Position numbers and translations under genes: made by a program. The notes under the pieces are model-generated. The model searched no databases, had not been told where the DNA came from, and saw only the letters and a list, made by a program, of their open reading frames with translations. DNA of 64,000 nucleotides. Origin: an uncultured Lachnospiraceae bacterium. GTDB taxonomy: Bacteria > Bacillota > Clostridia > Lachnospirales > Lachnospiraceae. Positions 26,633-35,757 of this stretch are shown here, piece by piece. Position 1 is the stretch's first letter, and the number at the start of each line of letters is the position of its first letter. Where the stretch lies: the NCBI GenBank assembly GCA_947571775.1, contig CANOZK010000006.1:80281-144280 (forward strand), in the 5' to 3' direction.

Positions 26633-26740
26633 TTAAAATTCCTTTCTAGTAGAGATATCTTTACTTTTATCATATGTCAATTTCCCCTCTCCCGTCATAT
26701 TCTAATTAAGGAATTCATAAAATTAAAAAAAAGGAAAATT

Positions 26741-27091
26741 ATGAATCAACAAGAAACGACTCCTATGACTGACCTGGATCAGATGGTCAGCGATGATCAG
26801 ATTCAAATATTAAAAGCGGCCATTCCTTATCTCTCTGCCCCTGGACAGCGGCTCCTATCTGTTTATTCCAAAGTACGGGAACTTCAAAATACCCTCTCTT
26901 TATTTCCGCAGCAAAGCGGAGATATGCGTATATGCGGCTCAGGCGCGGAAACAGAAACGCAGCCCTTAAATATCTTAAACGAGATCCGGCCTTTTTGCAG
27001 CGGTCCGGCCCAGGAACGCATTGACCAGATCATACAGGTATTCGCTATGCTGCAAATGGTGGAACTCTTTCAGAACTCAGAAAATTCTTAG
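26741..27091 (+). CDS. hypothetical small protein (116 aa)
   Basis: An ATG preceded by AAGGAAAA. The protein looks helical and its C-terminal motif ERIDQIIQVFAMLQM resembles that of the next ORF. Confidence 0.5.
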   Translation: MNQQETTPMTDLDQMVSDDQIQILKAAIPYLSAPGQRLLSVYSKVRELQNTLSLFPQQSGDMRICGSGAETETQPLNILNEIRPFCSGPAQERIDQIIQVFAMLQMVELFQNSENS

Positions 27092-27109
27092 AACAGGCAG
27101 GTGAATTCA

Positions 27110-27406
27110 ATGAATGAGAATCAAAACAGCCCAAATGGCCAGTGGATGGATAATCCCAAATTGGAAGGGATTGACAAAGAAAAGCTGAAGATGCTTCAAG
27201 GGCTGGCTGACCAGGGGATGAACAAAAGCCAGTCCGATATGCTTCCGTTTCTCATGTCCGCGGCCACACAGGGAAAAGAAAATGGCATTCATTTCTCTTC
27301 TGATGAAATCAATGCCATTATTGAAGTTATGAAAATGGGAAAGTCCCCCAAAGAGGCTGCACGGCTGGATAAGATCGTTTCTCTGATGAAACTGATGAAA
27401 CACTAA
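27110..27406 (+). CDS. hypothetical small protein (98 aa)
   Basis: ATG 27110; the track uses GTG 27101. The ORF starts 10-19 nt after the previous stop. Its C-terminal motif is ARLDKIVSLMKLMK. Confidence 0.5.
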   Translation: MNENQNSPNGQWMDNPKLEGIDKEKLKMLQGLADQGMNKSQSDMLPFLMSAATQGKENGIHFSSDEINAIIEVMKMGKSPKEAARLDKIVSLMKLMKH

Positions 27407-27418
27407 ATCCAAGGCAAA

Positions 27419-28684
27419 TTATTTCTTTTTAAAATTTTGCAGTAACGTGTCCCTGAGCAAAACCAATGCGCTGACCGTGGTACACTCGCGGATTTTGCTT
27501 CGGCTTCCAGAAAAATGAAATTCCTTTATATTTACCTCGCCCTGATAACAACAGGCCATAAAAACCGTTCCCACTGGTTTCTCTTTGCTGCCCCCGTCCG
27601 GCCCTGCAATGCCGGTAATGGATATACAAACGTCAGCCCCAGATACAAAACACCCGCCCTTGGCCATTTCCTTTGCCGTCTTGCCGCTGACGGCCCCCTC
27701 TCTGGCCAAGGTTCCTTTTTTTACCAACAGGCGTTTTCTCTTCGCGCGGTCGCTGTATGTCACAAATCCCTCTTTTAAGATTCTGGATGCGCCCGGCACG
27801 TTCACGATCCGGGCCGCCAGCATCCCTCCGGTGCAGGACTCCGCTGTGGCCAGCGTCAGATTCTGGCTAGCGAGAAGTTCCACAACAGCCTCTTCCAATG
27901 TCTTGTTTTCTTCTGTGGTGTAAATATTTTTTCCAAATCGCCCTTTTAATTCCCGCACAATCGGCTTGCACATCTTTTTGGCTTCTTTTTCATCCTTTGC
28001 TTTCGCAGTAATGCGCAGATGCACCTCCCCGGTTTTGGCATAAGGCGCAATGGTGGGATTCTTCTGCTTTCTAAGCAGATCTTTAATCTTCTCTTCTACC
28101 TGGCTTTCCCCGATTCCGCAGATTTTTACCATCTGGGAGTAGATGATTTCCGGCTGATTCTTATGCAGATACGGATAGACGGACTCCTCGAACATGGGCT
28201 TCATCTCGTTCGGCGGGCCGGGAAGCAAAATCAGCACAGTACCATCCTCCTCCAGAATCAGCCCCGGCGCTGTTCCGTTTTGGTTGTCAATGACCTTTGC
28301 CCCTTTCGGCACCATTGCCTGTTTCCAGTTGTTTTCTGGAATCTTCTTGCCGTCCTGGAATTTTGAGTGTTTTTTGAAAAAAGCTTCGATGCGCTTTTTC
28401 GTATGAACATCTTCCACCAGCTTGCATCCCAAAACAACCGCCGCCGTCTCCTTTGTGATATCGTCTTCGGTGGGTCCAAGCCCTCCGGTGACCAAAACCA
28501 CCTGGGAACGGCCGCATGCCCGCTTCAAAGTTTCTTTCAAACGCTCTTCGTTATCTCCTACTACCGTATGGTAATATAGATTGATACCCAGCCTGGCGCA
28601 CATCTCCGAAAGAAACGCGGTATTGGTATTGGTAATATTTCCCAATAAAATCTCCGTACCTACCGAAATCAATTCACCATCCAT
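27419..28684 (-). CDS. cinA: competence/damage-inducible protein CinA (MoCF-biosynthesis-like domain plus nicotinamide-nucleotide amidohydrolase PncC domain)
   Basis: The start is moved to ATG 28684 (MDGELISVGTEILLGNITNTN), with RBS AAGGAG. It carries LVTGGLGPTEDD and a C-terminal AESCTGG motif. Confidence 0.9.
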   Translation of the reverse strand: MDGELISVGTEILLGNITNTNTAFLSEMCARLGINLYYHTVVGDNEERLKETLKRACGRSQVVLVTGGLGPTEDDITKETAAVVLGCKLVEDVHTKKRIEAFFKKHSKFQDGKKIPENNWKQAMVPKGAKVIDNQNGTAPGLILEEDGTVLILLPGPPNEMKPMFEESVYPYLHKNQPEIIYSQMVKICGIGESQVEEKIKDLLRKQKNPTIAPYAKTGEVHLRITAKAKDEKEAKKMCKPIVRELKGRFGKNIYTTEENKTLEEAVVELLASQNLTLATAESCTGGMLAARIVNVPGASRILKEGFVTYSDRAKRKRLLVKKGTLAREGAVSGKTAKEMAKGGCFVSGADVCISITGIAGPDGGSKEKPVGTVFMACCYQGEVNIKEFHFSGSRSKIRECTTVSALVLLRDTLLQNFKKK

Positions 28685-28723
28685 ATTTGCTCCTTTCCCA
28701 TAACAATTCAAATTCTTTCACCG

Positions 28724-29263
28724 TCAATCCTGCATAGATATGACGCCTTTGTTTTTCCATAAATAATCTGCCAGCGAAATCACGGTCAGCGCCACAGACA
28801 AGTCAATCAGAATACGCTCGATCAGCACGGCTGTGCCGCCCAGGTCTGCGAGCAAAAAAATGATCATCGCCATCTGACAGACGGTTTTTATTTTTCCCCA
28901 ATAACTGGCGGCAATGACAATGCCATTATCGGAAGCCACCAGCCGGAAACCGCTGATGATAAATTCCCGTGCGATAATAATCAGAACCGCCCATACCGGA
29001 AGCCGATCCTGCGCCATCAGGCAAATCATGGCAGAACAGACCAGAAGCTTATCCGCCAGCGGGTCCATAAATTTACCGAAATTTGTGACCAGATGATACT
29101 TTCTCGCAATGTATCCGTCTAGAGCGTCCGTGGCGCTGGCAACGCAGAAAATGGCAAGGCAGATCCATTTTCTCCAGGCGCCGCCAAAGTCGCCCAGCAT
29201 CAGAATCACAAACGGAAACACCAGAACAAAACGCAGCAAGGTCAATTTATTGGGAGTATTCAT
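28724..29263 (-). CDS. pgsA: CDP-diacylglycerol--glycerol-3-phosphate 3-phosphatidyltransferase
   Basis: 179 aa with the CDP-alcohol phosphotransferase motif DALDGYIARK...G.F.DPLADK. Confidence 0.9.
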   Translation of the reverse strand: MNTPNKLTLLRFVLVFPFVILMLGDFGGAWRKWICLAIFCVASATDALDGYIARKYHLVTNFGKFMDPLADKLLVCSAMICLMAQDRLPVWAVLIIIAREFIISGFRLVASDNGIVIAASYWGKIKTVCQMAMIIFLLADLGGTAVLIERILIDLSVALTVISLADYLWKNKGVISMQD

Positions 29264-30599
29264 CTCTCGGCTCTCCTATCAAATTTCCTATCAAATCATA
29301 TTCCATCGCCTCAGTCACTTCCACCGAGACAAAATCTCCAGACATTAACGGCTCCCCGGTATTGACAAACAAATAGCCGTCCACATCCGGCGCATCTGCA
29401 TAAGTCCGGGCTACATAAACGCTTTCCTGGGGAATGGCTCCCTCCACCATACAGAATAGCGTCTGGCCGATGCGCGCCTCGCCTTTTCTCATAGAAATCT
29501 CTTGTTGCAGCTCCATGAGTTCCGCTCTGCGCGCCTCTTTTACCTCTTCGGGAATCTGCTCCTCCATCACAGCCGCCGGTGTATCTTCCTCCGGCGAGTA
29601 GGCGAAAACGCCCAGTCGGTCAAACTGCATAGCCCGAACAAATTCCAACAATTCCTCATGATCCGCCTGTGTTTCCCCCGGAAAACCCGTGATCAAAGTA
29701 GTTCGCAATACGATATCCGGGATTTCTTGGCGAAGCCCTGTAATCATCTGCTCCAGCTCGGATCGGGAAGTCTTTCTGCCCATTCGCTTTAAAATGCGGT
29801 CGCTCGCGTGCTGAATGGGAATGTCCAGATAATGGCATATTTTCGGCTCTTTGCGGATGGTATCGATCAGCTTCGGATATAATTCTTCTGGATAACAATA
29901 CATTACCCGTATCCAAGTCAATTCGGGAATCTTGCATATCTGTTCCAGCAACCGATGCAGGGATTTCTCCCCATACAGATCTTGTCCGTAGATCGTAGTT
30001 TCCTGGGCAACCAGGATCAGCTCCCGCACGCCTTCTTCGGCCAGTGTCCGAGCCTGTTCCAGCAGACGTTCCATGGGAACGCTTCGATATCGCCCCCGCA
30101 GTTTTGGAATAATACAGTATGTGCAGTGTTTATCGCAACCTTCCGCGATTTTCAGATAAGCATAATGACCGCCTGTCGTCAGAATCCGCTTCGCCGGAAT
30201 CTGCGGCAGATAATCCAAATCCGCATATTTCTCATAATGGCTTCCGCCCAACGCCGCTTCCAGAGCTTCTATCATCTCTTCCACCGCCGTAGTTCCCAGA
30301 ATCACATCCACCTCCGGGATCTCCTTTGCAATCTCCTCTTGGTAACGCTGGGCCAGGCATCCAGTCACCGCCAGCACTTTGCAAGAGCCGGCTTTTCGGT
30401 ATTCGGCCATTTCCAGTATGGTCTGAATACTCTCTTCTTTGGCATCGCTGATAAAACAACAGGTATTGATCACAATGATATCCGCATATGTCTCATCGTC
30501 GATAATCTGGTATCCATGCTTAGCCAAAAGTCCAAGCATCTCCTCCGAATCCACCAGATTTTTGTCGCATCCAAGGGAAATGAATAAAATTTTCCTCAT
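29247..30599 (-). CDS. rimO: ribosomal protein S12 methylthiotransferase
   Basis: 450 aa with the UPF0004 N-domain (LGCDKNLVDSE), the radical-SAM motif CDKHCTYC and a C-terminal TRAM domain. Confidence 0.92.
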   Translation of the reverse strand: MRKILFISLGCDKNLVDSEEMLGLLAKHGYQIIDDETYADIIVINTCCFISDAKEESIQTILEMAEYRKAGSCKVLAVTGCLAQRYQEEIAKEIPEVDVILGTTAVEEMIEALEAALGGSHYEKYADLDYLPQIPAKRILTTGGHYAYLKIAEGCDKHCTYCIIPKLRGRYRSVPMERLLEQARTLAEEGVRELILVAQETTIYGQDLYGEKSLHRLLEQICKIPELTWIRVMYCYPEELYPKLIDTIRKEPKICHYLDIPIQHASDRILKRMGRKTSRSELEQMITGLRQEIPDIVLRTTLITGFPGETQADHEELLEFVRAMQFDRLGVFAYSPEEDTPAAVMEEQIPEEVKEARRAELMELQQEISMRKGEARIGQTLFCMVEGAIPQESVYVARTYADAPDVDGYLFVNTGEPLMSGDFVSVEVTEAMEYDLIGNLIGEPRDEYSQ

Positions 30600-30713
30600 A
30601 AATCCTCCCGCGCCAAGAGTAGATAAAAAGTACAGTAAATAAAATCTAACAGGCTGACATACGAAAAAAACAGCCGCTTTTTTCCGTACAACAGCCTGTT
30701 GACTTGTCTGTAT

Positions 30714-31103
30714 CTATTCCTCTGCTTCCTCTGGCAGTTCTTCCTCCTGGCCGAACATCTCTTCTTCCAGCAATCCTTCTTCTACCAAAACCTCTTGCTC
30801 CAACTCTTCTTCCGGCACAGACGCTTCTTCTGCCAGATCTTGAATTTCCCCTTCCAGTTCTTCTTCTTTTGCGTCCTCGGCCATAATCTTTACTTTTCCC
30901 TTATACAATTCGTCAATAGCCAAAGACAGCGGCTTTTTCCCGCTCACATAGGGAACCAGAGGCGTATCCCCCGCTATAATCTGTCTGGCCCGCTTGCTGG
31001 TCGCCAGAACAATCGAATATCTGCTGTTTACTACCGGAGGCTCGTCAATCTCCGTATCTTTGTTTACAACTTGCATCAATTCCGAATACGATGGATGGAT
31101 CAT
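30714..31103 (-). CDS. rpoZ: DNA-directed RNA polymerase subunit omega with a long acidic C-terminal extension
   Basis: 129 aa. The first ~70 aa (SRYSIVLATSKRARQII...PLSLAIDEL) match RpoZ. The last ~55 aa are mostly Glu with Leu. Confidence 0.85.
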   Translation of the reverse strand: MIHPSYSELMQVVNKDTEIDEPPVVNSRYSIVLATSKRARQIIAGDTPLVPYVSGKKPLSLAIDELYKGKVKIMAEDAKEEELEGEIQDLAEEASVPEEELEQEVLVEEGLLEEEMFGQEEELPEEAEE

Positions 31104-31120
31104 ATTGTCAATCTCCTTTA

Positions 31121-31738
31121 TTACAATTCCTTTAATTCCTCAACGATTCTTTCGGCAAATTCCCGGCTGCGCTGCATACGATAGTGCTCGCTCTGGATAA
31201 CCCGATGCATCACATCGGTACAAGTTTCCAAATCGTCATTGATTAACAGATAATCGTAGCCCAGAATCCCCTTTGCCTCTTCCCCTGCCCTGCGAAGCCG
31301 GTTTTGAATCAATTCCGGCGCCTCGGTACCGCGTGTTTCCAGCCGTCGTTTCAATTCCTGGGCGCTGGGAGGCGACACAAACAGCAGCAAGGTATCGGGA
31401 AGTTTCTCTTTCACCTTCAAAGCCCCTTGGATCTCAATCTCCAAAATGACATCTTTCCCCGCTTTTAGTTGCTCTTGCACATAATCCTTTGGCGTGCCGT
31501 AGTAATTACCCACATACTCGGCGTACTCGATGAGCCGATCCGCTTCGATCCATTCTTCAAATTCTTCACGGCTCCGAAAAAAATACTCTCGTCCGTCTTG
31601 TTCCCCTTCTCTGGGAGACCGGGTTGTGACAGAAATGGACAGCGCGTAATTGTCATATTTTTCCAGCAGACGCTTCATCAGCGTCCCCTTTCCCGCGCCG
31701 GAAAACCCGGATACCACCACAAGAATCCCTTTATTCAT
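31121..31738 (-). CDS. gmk: guanylate kinase
   Basis: The start is moved to ATG 31738 ([19 protein letters not shown]). It has TTR.PR.GE.DG..Y.F and overlaps the remA stop by 8 nt. Confidence 0.92.
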   Translation of the reverse strand: MNKGILVVVSGFSGAGKGTLMKRLLEKYDNYALSISVTTRSPREGEQDGREYFFRSREEFEEWIEADRLIEYAEYVGNYYGTPKDYVQEQLKAGKDVILEIEIQGALKVKEKLPDTLLLFVSPPSAQELKRRLETRGTEAPELIQNRLRRAGEEAKGILGYDYLLINDDLETCTDVMHRVIQSEHYRMQRSREFAERIVEELKEL

Positions 31739-31991
31739 GTTCTTCCCCCTCGTAATTGACTGAAAAACGCTTGGCAATCGTTTCCGGCTGCAAGGCAGAC
31801 AGCACGATTTTTTCGCTCTCTGTGATAATCACAGCCTTAGTCTTCCTGCCTTGGGTGGCATCTACCAGGCTTCCCAGATTCTTCGCATTCTGCACCAGAC
31901 GTTTTACCGGCGCTGCGTCCGGGCTGACCACGGCCACTACTTTCTCCGTATTGACCACATTTCCAAATCCAATGTTGATTAATTTGGCCAT
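31731..31991 (-). CDS. remA: DUF370 / RemA-family regulator
   Basis: The start is moved to ATG 31991 ([33 protein letters not shown]), with RBS GGGGGA. The yicC-remA-gmk-rpoZ order is conserved in Firmicutes. Confidence 0.85.
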   Translation of the reverse strand: MAKLINIGFGNVVNTEKVVAVVSPDAAPVKRLVQNAKNLGSLVDATQGRKTKAVIITESEKIVLSALQPETIAKRFSVNYEGEEHE

Positions 31992-32005
31992 TTGTATCCC
32001 CCTGA

Positions 32006-32884
32006 TCATTCGATATTCTGAATCTGCTCCCGAATTTTCTCAATCTCTGTCTTCAAATCAATGGCTATATTAGAAATCTCCAGGTCGTTGGCTTTGGACA
32101 ATATCGTATTGGCTTCCCGGTTCATCTCCTGTGCAATAAAATCTAGTTTTCTGCCTACACTTTCCCCTTCGGCCAGCACTTGTCCCATATTTTTGATATG
32201 GCTTTTTAAGCGCACTGTTTCCTCATCGCAACAGATTTTATCTGCGTAAAGCACTACCTCTGCGGCTATCCGGCTCTCCTCGATCTGTGCATCCTGCAAT
32301 AATTCTGCCGTCTTGGCTTCCAGCTTCTCCCGGTAAGCTGTCAATAACTGGGGAGCGCGCGCTTCGATCCGCTCCATCTTCTCTTCCATGGAATCCAGTT
32401 TTCGCAAAATATCTTCTTTCAGATGCCCGCCCTCCAGTTCTCTGGCCTGAATTACACTGTCTACCGCCTGCTGCAGTCCCGTCTGAAGAAGCTTCCACAG
32501 GGAATCCTCATCCTGGGTCTGCTGCTCCATGACAAAGATTTCTGGCAGCCCAGCCAGTGTAGACAAGGTAATATCATTTTCCACATGAAATTCCTTCTCC
32601 ATCTGGTTAAAATACTCCAGATACTGCTTTGCCAGCTCTTGGTTGTACGTGAGCAAAACCTTCTGAGGAGAATAATCTTCGTAAAAAACAAAAACATCCA
32701 CTTTTCCCCTCAAGAGATATTTTTTCAGATAATTGCGCACGCAAGTTTCAAAAAACCCCAACTGCCTGGGCAGCCGCACGCTCAAATCCAAATAGCGATG
32801 GTTCACCGTCTTTAATTCAATGGTAAATTTATGGGTTTCGTCCAAAACTTCTGCCCGGCCAAAACCCGTCATACTTTTTATCAT
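32006..32884 (-). CDS. yicC: YicC/YloC family endoribonuclease
   Basis: The start is moved to ATG 32884 ([12 protein letters not shown]), with RBS GGAGAA. The C-terminal [12 protein letters not shown] motif is present. The 74-codon upstream extension in the track has no support. Confidence 0.85.
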   Translation of the reverse strand: MIKSMTGFGRAEVLDETHKFTIELKTVNHRYLDLSVRLPRQLGFFETCVRNYLKKYLLRGKVDVFVFYEDYSPQKVLLTYNQELAKQYLEYFNQMEKEFHVENDITLSTLAGLPEIFVMEQQTQDEDSLWKLLQTGLQQAVDSVIQARELEGGHLKEDILRKLDSMEEKMERIEARAPQLLTAYREKLEAKTAELLQDAQIEESRIAAEVVLYADKICCDEETVRLKSHIKNMGQVLAEGESVGRKLDFIAQEMNREANTILSKANDLEISNIAIDLKTEIEKIREQIQNIE

Positions 32885-33139
32885 GCCTGTTCTCCAAAAT
32901 AGCAAATCCTTATGCATCGTATGGACATAATTGCAGTTTGGCCATATACTATCCTGTGAAGTATTGAATTGTATATGCAATTCTTTCCTGAAACAGGCAG
33001 ACGCCAAACTGCGTTTTTGCAGTTTATGTGCACATTTAGTGACAATGAAGCCTGGAAGGCTGAACTGTTCTAGACGTATTATAGTGCATTCCCCAACACT
33101 AGTCAAGTTATGAAATTATTCCCGTAATACAAAAAAAGA

Positions 33140-33168
33140 TTGATTTTATATGAAATTACATATATACT
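33140..33168 (+). promoter_or_regulatory. candidate sigma-A promoter of the REC-GGDEF gene
   Basis: TTGATT (33140-33145), 17 nt, TATACT (33163-33168). A second TATAAT lies at 33172-33177. Confidence 0.4.
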
Positions 33169-33297
33169 TAGTATAATTGGAGAGTTCATACGTTGTTGAT
33201 GTCAGTTGTTGGTAACCGTTCTTTCCTGTTTTATGAACTATGTGTTGAAAGCGTTTTATCATTCCAAATCCCTCAGATTATGAAGTGGAGTATGCCC

Positions 33298-34242
33298 ATG
33301 AATAAGAATACCTTGAATATCAAGAAAAAAATATTAATTATTGATGACAGTAAACTGCAGACAGAAGCTTTGCGCACGATTTTAGAAGACGAATACGATA
33401 TTACCACTAGTCAGACCGCGCAAGACGGCCTGAAAAATGCAAAGATCGGCAGCTATTCCCTGATTATCCTGGATATTATCATGCCGGGTCAGGACGGGTT
33501 TGAAGTGCTCAAAGAATTGCAGTCCACCGTTTTGACAAAATATATTCCTGTCATCATTATCACAAGCCTGTCCGACGCACACTATGAAGAGAAGGGGCTT
33601 ACTTTGGGAGCCGTGGACTATATCACCAAACCATTCGTCCCCCTAATTGTAAAAGCCAGGGTAAGAACCCATGTCAAACTGTACCAGTATCAGATGAATT
33701 TCCGACAACAGGCAATGCTTGACGGCCTGACGGGAATTGCTAACCGCAGAAGCTACAACAAGAACAGCCGCATCAAATGGCGAGAAGCCATCCGTCTGGA
33801 ACTGCCGTTTACCATCTGTATGATCGATGTGGACAATTTCAAAACGTATAACGATACGTTTGGCCACGCAAAGGGCGATAAAGTTCTAATTTCTGTGGCA
33901 CAGACCCTATCTTCTCATCTGCAGCGCGCTACGGACTTCCTCGCCCGCTACGGAGGAGAAGAATTTGTGATTATCCTGATGGAGAACGATGCACGTGCTT
34001 CCTATGAATTTATGAAAAGAATCTGTAAGGCTGTGGAAGACCTGCATATTCCCCAGAATCCCCTGGTTGCTCAATGGGTTACCATCAGCATCGGCGGAGT
34101 GACTTTGGTTCCAAAAATAACGGATACATACGATACCTATGTACAGATTGCCGATACCATGCTGTACGACGCCAAACGCTACGGCCGAAACCAGGTGGTA
34201 TGGTCAAATGAAAACAAAGAACAATGGTTGGAAAAAAAATAG
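33298..34242 (+). CDS. response-regulator receiver + GGDEF diguanylate cyclase
   Basis: The start is moved to ATG 33298 (RBS GTGGAG). The REC domain has ILIIDDS...LIILDIIMPG.DG. The GGDEF domain has an intact GGEEF active site and an RxxD I-site (RATD) five residues upstream. Confidence 0.88.
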   Translation: MNKNTLNIKKKILIIDDSKLQTEALRTILEDEYDITTSQTAQDGLKNAKIGSYSLIILDIIMPGQDGFEVLKELQSTVLTKYIPVIIITSLSDAHYEEKGLTLGAVDYITKPFVPLIVKARVRTHVKLYQYQMNFRQQAMLDGLTGIANRRSYNKNSRIKWREAIRLELPFTICMIDVDNFKTYNDTFGHAKGDKVLISVAQTLSSHLQRATDFLARYGGEEFVIILMENDARASYEFMKRICKAVEDLHIPQNPLVAQWVTISIGGVTLVPKITDTYDTYVQIADTMLYDAKRYGRNQVVWSNENKEQWLEKK

Positions 34243-34260
34243 AATTTCAAAATGATATAT

Positions 34261-34299
34261 AGACAAAGAAGTCTCAATTAACTTCTTTGTCTTTTTTTG
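34261..34299 (+). terminator. intrinsic terminator of the GGDEF gene
   Basis: AGACAAAGAAGT and ACTTCTTTGTCT form a 12-bp stem with an 8-nt loop, followed by TTTTTTT. The right arm overlaps the last codons of the convergent GtrA gene. Confidence 0.6.
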
Positions 34300-34720
34300 T
34301 AAAAATCAAAAGTTTGCTGAATACATAATTCAGAAGAATGACCAGAACATTGCTGCCCGTCTTCACCGCCATACCCCAGAGAAACAAAAACTCCGGCTGT
34401 ATATATCTGGGGCCGATATAGTCTACCCCCACAATCATAATCACCTGGTCAATGACCCCTGTTCCGATCCGGCATGCAAGAAAAGTCAGAAATTCCTTAA
34501 AAATCAAAATCCCTGTATGGTTTTCGCTGTGAAACACCCACTGCCGGTTTGTGATATAGGCAAATAATACGGCCAGAATCCACGCCGCCACATTGGCTTT
34601 TCCGGTTGTCCATCCGCATCTGGTACAGATTCCGTAAACGGCAATATTAACCCCTGTGGTACATACGCCGAAAAAGATATATGCCAGAAAAGATTTGTAT
34701 TTCTCTATCCGTTCCTTCAT
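34274..34720 (-). CDS. GtrA family membrane protein
   Basis: 148 aa with four TM segments and the motif ITNRQWVF typical of GtrA-like proteins. Confidence 0.75.
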   Translation of the reverse strand: MKERIEKYKSFLAYIFFGVCTTGVNIAVYGICTRCGWTTGKANVAAWILAVLFAYITNRQWVFHSENHTGILIFKEFLTFLACRIGTGVIDQVIMIVGVDYIGPRYIQPEFLFLWGMAVKTGSNVLVILLNYVFSKLLIFTKKDKEVN

Positions 34721-34755
34721 GCTTCTCCTCCTTTGTATCTATCCACCTGATTATA

Positions 34756-35757
34756 CTACGTTTTTTCGTCCAACACAATGGATACCTTTGTCCCCTTTCC
34801 CACCTGGGATTCCACGGTCACCGCATGAGAAAGATTTTCCAACACCCGCCTGCAAAGGTACATCCCGATGCCTGTCGCCCGCTTATCTGTTCTGCCGTTG
34901 TACCCGGTAAACCCTTTTTCCCAAATCCGCGGCAGATCTTCCGGGATAATTCCGATTCCGGTATCCGCAATCACCAGCACCTTTTCTGGTTCCTGGTAAA
35001 TGGATATACAACCCTGATTGGTATATTTCAGGGCATTGGATAAAATCTGCTCAATCGCAAACACCAGCCATTTCTCATCTGTGATCACCTGGCAGTCCAG
35101 CGGCCGAAGATCCAGCTTTAATTTTTTTTGGATAAACAAAGACGCATATTTTCTCACTGCCTGCCGCACCAAATCATCCAGGGAATATCTGCGGAATACG
35201 TAATCCGTAGAGCTGCTTCCCAGGCGCACGTAAGAAAGGGCCATCTCCACATACTGTTCCGTCTTAAACAGCTCCGCCTGCAAAGCCCGTCCCATCTCGG
35301 TATCCTGGCCCTGAAGAAGCAGACCCATAGCCGCAATGGGGGTTTTCACCTGATGAGCCCATAAAGTATAATAATCCAGCGTTTCTTGCTGCCTGCGGCA
35401 GCCGTCGGCCAAACAGTTTTCCTTCTCCTCCCACACGGCTCTCAGCAGTTGAACATCGTCCTCCTCCTGAAGATTCTGCGGTGCGGGAAGCTCCGGCATC
35501 CCCTGCCTGACCTGTGCTTTTAGCTGAAGCATCTGCCTATGCCTGCGCCAGTAGGCATAGCCGTCCGGTATCATCGCCAGAATCCCCGCTGCCAGACAGA
35601 GAACCAGCCCATAGAAAAAAGGTTCCCAGGAAAGGTCATAAAGCTGATACACCGCTCCCAGAACCAAGGCGAACACAGTCAACAATACCAGGATTTTTCT
35701 CTTATCCCGAATATAATGCAGCCAGATATTTCCCCAAACAACCTTTTTATTCCACAA
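34756..35757 (-). CDS. sensor histidine kinase, intramembrane-sensing type (two TM joined by a very short loop)
   Basis: 333 aa. TM1 and TM2 are separated only by DLSWEPF. It has the H-box WAHQVKTPIAAM and a HATPase_c region (ADTGIGI, TGIGMYL). It overlaps the response-regulator stop by 11 nt. Confidence 0.85.
   Translation of the reverse strand: MWNKKVVWGNIWLHYIRDKRKILVLLTVFALVLGAVYQLYDLSWEPFFYGLVLCLAAGILAMIPDGYAYWRRHRQMLQLKAQVRQGMPELPAPQNLQEEDDVQLLRAVWEEKENCLADGCRRQQETLDYYTLWAHQVKTPIAAMGLLLQGQDTEMGRALQAELFKTEQYVEMALSYVRLGSSSTDYVFRRYSLDDLVRQAVRKYASLFIQKKLKLDLRPLDCQVITDEKWLVFAIEQILSNALKYTNQGCISIYQEPEKVLVIADTGIGIIPEDLPRIWEKGFTGYNGRTDKRATGIGMYLCRRVLENLSHAVTVESQVGKGTKVSIVLDEKT

Noticed and set aside
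30641-30713. A nested A/T-rich hairpin downstream of rpoZ, considered as a clean intrinsic terminator
   Set aside because: Pairing is possible (AACAGGCTG...CAGCCTGTT, and an inner A6/T6 stem). However, the loop is long and the stems are weak, so I could not call the termination point with confidence.
32885-33106. N-terminal extensions given by the ORF track: yicC 74 codons, the liv binding protein 38 codons (22288-22401), the Csp-like peptidase 38 codons (24278-24391), gmk, remA, cinA and others
   Set aside because: The internal ATGs are preceded by good Shine-Dalgarno sequences and give the conserved family N-termini. The extensions lack RBSs and often overlap upstream genes or promoters.
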